Source of the DNA: an uncultured Lachnospiraceae bacterium
GTDB lineage: Bacteria > Bacillota > Clostridia > TANB77 > CAG-508
Length of the DNA: 32,000 nt
Reading direction: 5' to 3'
NCBI GenBank assembly: GCA_964497325.1
Contig: CAZCCM010000002.1
Span: forward strand, 1-32,000
Part shown: one piece after another, positions 8,719 to 15,786 of the stretch
Layout of the letters: each line of letters starts with the position of its first letter
Position numbering within the stretch: position 1 is the stretch's first letter
Program-made: the position numbers and the translations under genes
The notes under the pieces: model-generated
Told to the model about the DNA's origin: nothing
What the model saw: only the letters and a program-made list of their open reading frames with translations
Databases searched by the model: none

Positions 8719-11169
8719 TTATATTTTATTTAAAAAACTAATCCATTCTTTTTGTACTTTTTCAAAAGAATAGTTTTTAGCATTTAAGTATGATTTTTTA
8801 CTTAAATTATCATATATTTTTTTATTGTTTAGAAGTTTTATAGCTTCTTTAGCCATTCTTTCCTTATTCCTATTTTTTATAACAATACCTGTACCATTTA
8901 AGAGTTCTACTACGCCTGTCGCACTACTAAAAGTAATTATAGGTAATTTAAAAGCTTGAGCTTCTAATGCTACTATTCCAAATGATTCCTCAAAAGAAGT
9001 CATTAAATATATTTCAGATTTTTCATATAGTTTATATAAATCTTCTTTATTTAAAAATCCACTTAGACTAACTGCTTTCACTAAATTATTGTCTTCTATT
9101 TTTTTTATTAAATTTTCTTTTTCTTTTCCGTCTCCAGCAATTACTAGTCTATAATTTGGAAATTTTGTATTTATAATTTTAAAAACATCTATTAAATCTG
9201 CAAAACCTTTTTCTTCAGAAAGTCTACCTACTCCTACAATTATATTTTCTTTATCTTTAATCCCTAATTCTCTAGAATTTAAAGAATAATCTAAAGTATT
9301 TGGTATGTATTTTACTTTACATTTTAAAATTTTATTATAATCTTCCTTAAGTTCTTTAGAAACTGTAATTAAATAATCTAAATTACGAGTATTTCTCTTT
9401 AATTTGTTTATATATTTTTTATCATTATTATGATGCTTATGTTCAATTGCAATCTTTTTTGCATTTATATTCAAATAATTAATTAGTTTAGTGTATAAAT
9501 ATCTTGTTGAAATTACTATGTCATAATTATTGTCTAATAAATGTTTACTTACTAAATATGTTCTTAAATATAGAACTTTTAATGAATAAAATCCTTCTTT
9601 AAAAATTTTAATTATATTTTTTTCTTTAATTGCCTTTTTAAATTCTTCTCTATTAGGCTTTAATTTACTTAATTGTACAATATTTATTTTTTTATCAAGT
9701 TCAAATGCTATCCCTAAGTTGTACATATTGATTATTGTGACATCATAATAATCTTTCAACATATTTGCTAAGTTAGCAGTTGCATCTTCAATGCCTCCAA
9801 AATTCATATGCAATGTAATTATTCCAATTTTTTTCTTTTTTCCCTCTTCAACTTCTTTTTTTTGTAACTTAGAATAAATTATAGATGCAAGCATTGCTAA
9901 ATATATGCTGACTGCAGGAGCAAAATATGTATGCCCAACAATAGATCCTATTCCTAAAGCCATAAAAAGAGAAAGTATTGATGCTGTAGTTAAAAAATCT
10001 TTATAATTATTTTTTAATGCTAAGATCGAATCTTTTATCCATTTAGCAAACATAATACTATAAATTATAAATCCTATTATTCCAAAATGATAAAAAAGAC
10101 CAAATAAATCCATCTCAACATCTCTATATGGTTTTTTTTCAGTACTTACATGACCAATTCCTAAAAATTTACTTAATTTATTAGATTCCATATAACTATT
10201 ATGTGTGTTTTCTAAAAACTCTATTCTTGAACTTAATACAGTATTTAACATAGTAAGAGCCTTGCTATCATATTGTTTAACTTTAGGAATTGACTTTTTC
10301 TTCTTTGTATTTGTTTTTTTCTGTACTGCTTCTGGATTTGATTGATTGATTGCTTTTTTTACAGTATCATTTACAATTAAATCATAATTACTTAAAACTC
10401 CAATACCTAATACAACAAATAGAAGCATAATAATTATTTTATAATATTTTTTTCTTATAAATAAAAACCAAAATAATAAAAGAGCTGAAACTAAAAGTAA
10501 ACCATAGACTACTACTTTTGTTCCTACTCCTAAAAATATTATCATTAAAATTAAATATACAGGTATTAATATAGGATTTTCTAAAGCCTTTTTTAAAACA
10601 AAAGAAGTTCCTATTATTACTATAACAGAGATTTCATTTGCTGCATAAAACCAACCTATGTTCCCTGCTTTTTCCCTTGAATAACTGGTAAAAGATGTTT
10701 TTGTTAAAGATGCTATTAATAATATTAATGCTATAGTAATTGCGTTTATTATTATTGCTTTTTCAAATATTTTAATATCTATTTTTTTTCTATCCAATAA
10801 ATCTATTAACCCTAAATACATTATCGGTAAATGGACATATCTAATAATAAATCCTACTTCAGTAAAAAAAGAAAAATATGGATTTAAATATCTATTTATT
10901 AAATACACAATAGAAAAAATTGCTAAAGTTACAACAGAAATAATATTTCTTTTTCTATTTTTACTATAAAACAACAAATATATTCCTGTTATTGCAATTG
11001 CTAAAACTTTTATTATTTGTCCTACACTTATTTTTTCAAATCCAAATCTTGTCATAACTGCAGTAACAACATCTACGATAGGCAATAATATTAAATAAAT
11101 GAAAATTAAACTTTGAGTTTTATTTTCATTAAATTTTTTTATTAAAGTATTTTTTTTTAATTTATTCAT
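8719..11169 (-). CDS. Fusion protein: O-antigen ligase/polymerase (Wzy_C)-like polytopic membrane domain plus C-terminal GT4 glycosyltransferase
   Basis: 816 aa. About 440 aa form roughly 10-12 hydrophobic helices with one large loop. From ~aa 446 (nt ~9840 downward) there is a GT4-like domain (IGIITLHMNFGGIEDA .. EESFGIVALEAQAFKLPIIT). Confidence 0.75.
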   Translation of the reverse strand: MNKLKKNTLIKKFNENKTQSLIFIYLILLPIVDVVTAVMTRFGFEKISVGQIIKVLAIAITGIYLLFYSKNRKRNIISVVTLAIFSIVYLINRYLNPYFSFFTEVGFIIRYVHLPIMYLGLIDLLDRKKIDIKIFEKAIIINAITIALILLIASLTKTSFTSYSREKAGNIGWFYAANEISVIVIIGTSFVLKKALENPILIPVYLILMIIFLGVGTKVVVYGLLLVSALLLFWFLFIRKKYYKIIIMLLFVVLGIGVLSNYDLIVNDTVKKAINQSNPEAVQKKTNTKKKKSIPKVKQYDSKALTMLNTVLSSRIEFLENTHNSYMESNKLSKFLGIGHVSTEKKPYRDVEMDLFGLFYHFGIIGFIIYSIMFAKWIKDSILALKNNYKDFLTTASILSLFMALGIGSIVGHTYFAPAVSIYLAMLASIIYSKLQKKEVEEGKKKKIGIITLHMNFGGIEDATANLANMLKDYYDVTIINMYNLGIAFELDKKINIVQLSKLKPNREEFKKAIKEKNIIKIFKEGFYSLKVLYLRTYLVSKHLLDNNYDIVISTRYLYTKLINYLNINAKKIAIEHKHHNNDKKYINKLKRNTRNLDYLITVSKELKEDYNKILKCKVKYIPNTLDYSLNSRELGIKDKENIIVGVGRLSEEKGFADLIDVFKIINTKFPNYRLVIAGDGKEKENLIKKIEDNNLVKAVSLSGFLNKEDLYKLYEKSEIYLMTSFEESFGIVALEAQAFKLPIITFSSATGVVELLNGTGIVIKNRNKERMAKEAIKLLNNKKIYDNLSKKSYLNAKNYSFEKVQKEWISFLNKI

Positions 11170-11269
11170 ATTTTTTATAATCCTATAATTAACTTTTTTA
11201 TATTATTACAAAATTTACAAGATCTAAAAATTTATAAATTTTACAATAACTTATAATCAATAAAACTAT

Positions 11270-11785
11270 TTATAATAACTCATTAATAATTTTATCTAAA
11301 TTTTCACAAAACTTTTCATTGTTTGATTTATAACTTTTGCTTTGTAAATTTTTTATTTGACTTACAGCTTTTTTAAAATCTTCATAATTTTGAACTAACA
11401 GTCCATATCCTTCTTCAGTAAATTTTTGAGCTAATTGCATTTGATGATCATTAACATATTCTTTATTTTTAAACTTCCTTGGAATAATAATCATTTTTTT
11501 AGATAAACTTGCAGCACTAACCATTGTTCCAGCTCCTGCATGTGTTATTATGTATTCAGATTCAGTTATTAGTTTTTGAAATTCATCGTTTGATTTAAAA
11601 ACAAAAAATTCAATGTTTTTATATTTAGGGTTTTTTTCTATTTCTTCTTTATTATATTTCATCTCCCCTATTTGAATATATATTTTTTCATTTTCAGGTA
11701 TTATATTTTCATTAATAGCTTGCAAGATATAGTCCAACATTCTTTTAAAAGGTTTATCTTGAGTTCCAAAAAGAACAAGTATCAT
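11270..11785 (-). CDS. Alg13-like glycosyltransferase (PssE/Cps14G family, Glyco_tran_28_C)
   Basis: 171 aa: MILVLFGTQDKPFKRM.., ITHAGAGT, NDHQMQLA. Its start overlaps the upstream stop (TAATG). Confidence 0.8.
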   Translation of the reverse strand: MILVLFGTQDKPFKRMLDYILQAINENIIPENEKIYIQIGEMKYNKEEIEKNPKYKNIEFFVFKSNDEFQKLITESEYIITHAGAGTMVSAASLSKKMIIIPRKFKNKEYVNDHQMQLAQKFTEEGYGLLVQNYEDFKKAVSQIKNLQSKSYKSNNEKFCENLDKIINELL

Positions 11786-12918
11786 TAAAAAATTCCTCCT
11801 AGATAAACAGATTTTTTATACATTGGCTTCATTTCTTCCCATTGTACTATTATTTTATCTGCAATAGGTTCAGCTATTTTTCCTGCCAATGTTTTTGTTG
11901 TAATATTAGCATAAGTTTCAATATATATTACCTTTTTCCCAAATAATTTTGCAATATATATCATTGGTATTGCAGTATGTGTACCAGTAGTAATAATCAT
12001 GTCTGGCTTAAATTTTAAAAAGATATTTAAAGATTTAAAGAAATTAAATAAAATTATAAAGAAATATTTAAAAGGATTTCTTCTAGTTCCAAATTTAACA
12101 TATTCAACATTCTTATATTTTTCTTTTAAAAATTCTGTTACTAAACTTTTTTCAGTAACTATTAAAGAATCATATTTTAATATTAAAGAATCTAGACATA
12201 AAAGTTCTGATAAATGTCCTCCCATGCTAGATATAAATATAATTTTATGTTTTTTATTTTGCTTTTTTATTTTTTGTTCATTATTTACCTTTAAAAAATT
12301 TTTTTTAAGTTCTTCTAACTCAGCTTTTGGAGTTTTTTCTACTATTCTATTTCCTTCTCTTTTTATAAAAATCAAGGAAATTGTTTTGAAAAATATTTCC
12401 AAATCTAACTTAAAAGACATATTATCCACATAATATATGTCATATTCTATTCTCTTCATCATGTCTAAATTTTTTCTACCATTTACTTGTGCGTAACCAG
12501 TAATTCCTGGTAATACATCTAATCTTCTTTTTTGTTCTTCAGTATAATATTGCAAGTTTTCTACCATCCAAGGTCTTGGACCAATAAATGACATATCTCC
12601 CTTTAATACATTTATGACTTGTGGAATTTCATCTATAGAAAATTTACGCAATATCTTTCCTACTTTAGTAAGATCACAATCTTCATCTTGACAAAAACAA
12701 TCATGATTTATGCTATATGATCTAAATTTATATAAGTAGAAAGGTTTTGAATTATACCCTGTTCTTTCTTGTTTAAAAAAAATAGGACCTTTAGATTCTA
12801 TTTTAATACTTATAATTATAATTAAAAATAGAGGCCAAAAAAATATACCTGCTATTATAATTAATAGAGATAATATTATATCTAAAATTCTCTTAACAAT
12901 TAAATACAAATTTTTCAT
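11785..12918 (-). CDS. Fusion: initiating phosphoglycosyltransferase (bacterial sugar transferase) plus Alg14-like (PssD/Cps14F) domain
   Basis: 377 aa. The N-terminal ~190 aa carry a TM helix and the motifs KPFYLYKFRS, DEIPQVINVLKGDMSFIGPRPW and GITGYAQV. After a Lys-rich linker, an Alg14-like domain follows (IIFISSMGGHLSEL .. IITTGTHTAIP .. IETYANI). Confidence 0.8.
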   Translation of the reverse strand: MKNLYLIVKRILDIILSLLIIIAGIFFWPLFLIIIISIKIESKGPIFFKQERTGYNSKPFYLYKFRSYSINHDCFCQDEDCDLTKVGKILRKFSIDEIPQVINVLKGDMSFIGPRPWMVENLQYYTEEQKRRLDVLPGITGYAQVNGRKNLDMMKRIEYDIYYVDNMSFKLDLEIFFKTISLIFIKREGNRIVEKTPKAELEELKKNFLKVNNEQKIKKQNKKHKIIFISSMGGHLSELLCLDSLILKYDSLIVTEKSLVTEFLKEKYKNVEYVKFGTRRNPFKYFFIILFNFFKSLNIFLKFKPDMIITTGTHTAIPMIYIAKLFGKKVIYIETYANITTKTLAGKIAEPIADKIIVQWEEMKPMYKKSVYLGGIF

Positions 12919-13068
12919 ATTCTTTTTTGCAAATAAGTTAAGAAAATTCTTAACACTATTTAGGGCAACTCCTTTTTTTATTAATATCAGTTTATCACTT
13001 TTTCTTTATACTTTCAATAAATTTTTATTTAAAAAAGTAGCTAAAATTACAATATAATAAAATTAAAA

Positions 13069-13099
13069 CACCCTTTCTTCTAGTTTGAATTAAAGGGTG
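13069..13099 (-). terminator. Rho-independent terminator closing glycan unit 1 (after wecB copy B)
   Basis: CACCCTTT/AAAGGGTG stem with a 15-nt loop. On the minus strand it is followed by TTTTAATTTTATT. Confidence 0.55.
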
Positions 13100-13163
13100 C
13101 TCTTTTAAAATATATTTCTTTTATTTATCAAATTTTTATTTTATTTCTATGTTTTTTATAATT

Positions 13164-14265
13164 TTATTTGAATCTTTTTATAATCTCATCGACTATTCTT
13201 TTACTTGCAAACCCATCTCCATATGGATTATGTGCTTTACTCATTTTATCATATGCTTTTTTATCATCTAATAATTTTTTTGTTTCATTATATATTAGTT
13301 CCATATCTGTACCAACTAATTTTAAAGTACCTGCCTCTATTCCTTCTGGTCTTTCTGTTGTATCTCTAAGTACTAATACTGGTTTACCAAGTGATGGAGC
13401 CTCTTCTTGTAATCCTCCACTATCTGTTAAAATTATGTATGATTTATTCATAAAATTATGAAAATCTAATACTTCAAGTGGTTCTATTAACTTAACTCTA
13501 TCAGTATTACCAAAAACTTCTTTTGCTACACTTCTAACCTTTGGATTCATATGTATTGGATATACTACTTTAACATCACTATATTCATCTACTATTCTTT
13601 TTATTGCTAAGAAAATTCTTTTCATAGGTGCACCTAGATTTTCACGCCTATGTGCAGTAAGTAAAATCATTCTATCTTTTCCTACCCATTCTAAAACAGG
13701 ATGAGTGTAGTTTTCTTCTACAGTATATGCCATTGCATCTATAACTGTATTACCTGTTACAAAAATATCTTCTTCCTTTTTTCCTTCATTTATTAAATTT
13801 TTAGCAGAAGTTTCTGTTGGTGCAAAATGCATATTTGCTAAAACTCCTACCATTTGCCTATTTGCTTCTTCTGGATATGGCGAATACATATTCCATGTAC
13901 GTAGTCCTGCTTCAACATGTCCGAATTTGTACTTGATTATATAAGGCTGCTAATGCTCCAGCAAAAGTAGTTGAAGTATCTCCATGTACTAATACAATAT
14001 CTGGTTTTACCTCTCTAATCACAGTTTCTAATCCATTTAAAGCTCTTGTTGTAACCTCAGCCAGTGTTTGTCCCTGTTTCATAATGTTCAAATCATAATC
14101 AGGTTTTATTTCAAACGCATTTAGTACTTGATCAAGCATCTCCCTATGCTGTGCTGTAACACAAACTATGCACTCAATTTCTTTTCTATTTTGTAGCTCC
14201 TTTACTAAAGGTGCCATTTTTATTGTCTCTGGTCTTGTACCGAAGATTGTCATTACTTTAATCAT
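13164..14265 (-). pseudogene. wecB: UDP-N-acetylglucosamine 2-epimerase, same 1-nt frameshift, copy B
   Basis: Nucleotide-identical to 6796-7897. The extra base is at 13923. Confidence 0.85.
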
Positions 14266-14380
14266 TTTTAAACTCTTTCTTATTCTTTTTTATAATAAAT
14301 AAAAATTTAATATTATATTTAATAAATCTTTTCATCCTAACTGGTTCCTTAACAATTCTATATAACCATTCAATATTATA
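13164..14380. repeat. 1217-bp perfect direct repeat, copy B
   Basis: Identical to 6796-8012. Confidence 0.95.
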
Positions 14381-14474
14381 TCCCAATCTATTTCCTGCTT
14401 TTACAATTGATATTCCACCAGGAACAATAGTGGTAGAATCACTCAATAATATATTTTTCAAATATTTCTTTCAA
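14258..14474 (-). pseudogene. tagA: tagA/WecG-family remnant with two internal deletions
   Basis: Retains the RBS plus TTG and the first codons (MKEIFEK), a 74-nt block homologous to 8394-8467, and the last 41 codons of tagA. It lacks the equivalents of 8013-8393 and ~8468-8597. The first part is out of frame. Confidence 0.85.
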
Positions 14475-14475
14475 T

Positions 14476-15762
14476 TTATTCTCCCTTTGAAACCATATCC
14501 AAAATTACTTTTGCTTTTTTAGACCAATCATTTTCTTTTGCTTCTTTTTCTAAAAGTTCTATATATTTTTTATCACTTCTTTTTTCTATTGCTTTTTCTA
14601 AATTCTTAATAAATTCCTTATGAGTTCTAGAAATTAATACTGATTCATATTTTCTACATTCGTGCATATTAGTTATAACAATAGGTTTTTTAAGTGCCAT
14701 ATATTCAAAGATTTTAACAGGTGATGTAGCATTTGTTATATCATTAATTAAAAAAGGAATTGTTAAAACATCAATTTTACTTGCATAATTTTTTAAATAT
14801 TTATATTCTCTTGAACCTAAGAAATAAATATTTTTATAATTTTCAATTCCAGCTTTTTCAAAAGAATCATCATATTTTATTCCAAATAAAATTATATTAT
14901 ACTTATCTGTATCTGCAATTTTTTTTAATAAATCATAGTCAAACCATTTTGCAAGAGCACCATAATATCCAACTGTTACCTTTTCTTGTTTTATTATATC
15001 CTCAAATTCCTTTTCAAACTTAAAACCTTTATCAATTTTTTTAAAAAAGTCATAATCCACACCGTTAGAAGAAAAAGCTAGGTTTTTGTCTCCCCTTTTA
15101 TTAACTACATCCTCATAAAGCCTATCCGCAGTAACTACTACATATACATTTTTATTGTCTGACATTGCATAATCATATTTATCTTTTATATTCTTTGGTA
15201 ATTCTTTTGTGCCTGCTAATTCTGGACTTAAATCATCTATGTATTCATATATAATTTTATAACCTTTTTCTATATATCTTTTTATATATTCTAAATTCAT
15301 ATTCCATTCTGTAGAATAAAATTGTAAGTATTTCGGTTTATTACTTAAATCAATCTTGTTAAGTAGTACTTCAGAAAAAATAGTATTATTAAAATTAACT
15401 AAAAAAAGATTGTCTTGCACTTTCTTAAATGTTTCCACATCATCCGTCATTGTGGTTACCTCGTAAAAAACTAACGATCTTTGTTTAGATAAATTATTAA
15501 AAATATGCTGTGGTCTTTGATAAAGAGGTACATTCCAACCAAAGCTGCTTCTCCAAATTATTATTCTATCATATTTTTCTTTTTTAAATATTTTATCAAC
15601 TTCTTCTTTATAAATTTCTTTGTTTTTATCTTTCTTTTTTCTACTTAAAAATTTAAAAGAAAACTTGTTCTTTGATTTAAAATATGCATATACTTTTCTC
15701 AACATACCAAAAAGACCATCTTTTTTTATAACTGATATTATTTTTGACACCTTATCTTTCAT
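14476..15762 (-). CDS. Glycosyltransferase (GT1/GT4-like, TuaH-like)
   Basis: 428 aa. Paralogous to the N-terminal half of the next gene (GWN..QRPQ, IIYEY.DD, GYYGALA.WFDY.L, SPVK.FEYMAL.KPIV). Confidence 0.7.
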   Translation of the reverse strand: MKDKVSKIISVIKKDGLFGMLRKVYAYFKSKNKFSFKFLSRKKKDKNKEIYKEEVDKIFKKEKYDRIIIWRSSFGWNVPLYQRPQHIFNNLSKQRSLVFYEVTTMTDDVETFKKVQDNLFLVNFNNTIFSEVLLNKIDLSNKPKYLQFYSTEWNMNLEYIKRYIEKGYKIIYEYIDDLSPELAGTKELPKNIKDKYDYAMSDNKNVYVVVTADRLYEDVVNKRGDKNLAFSSNGVDYDFFKKIDKGFKFEKEFEDIIKQEKVTVGYYGALAKWFDYDLLKKIADTDKYNIILFGIKYDDSFEKAGIENYKNIYFLGSREYKYLKNYASKIDVLTIPFLINDITNATSPVKIFEYMALKKPIVITNMHECRKYESVLISRTHKEFIKNLEKAIEKRSDKKYIELLEKEAKENDWSKKAKVILDMVSKGE

Positions 15763-15786
15763 TTTTTATATGTCCACCTATCTTTT

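Noticed and set aside
11999-12433. 144-aa plus-strand ORF
   Set aside because: It is antisense to the Alg14-like domain of the PGT fusion, is Lys/Phe-rich and low-complexity, and has no homology signal.
14258-14461. 67-aa ORF as a real small protein
   Set aside because: It consists of two non-adjacent pieces of TagA joined by a deletion, so it is a remnant.
14760-15023. 87-aa plus-strand ORF. The same applies to 18703-18975, 21024-21269, 27485-27784 and 30290-30517.
   Set aside because: All lie wholly inside strong minus-strand genes, lack RBSs and have shadow-ORF composition.
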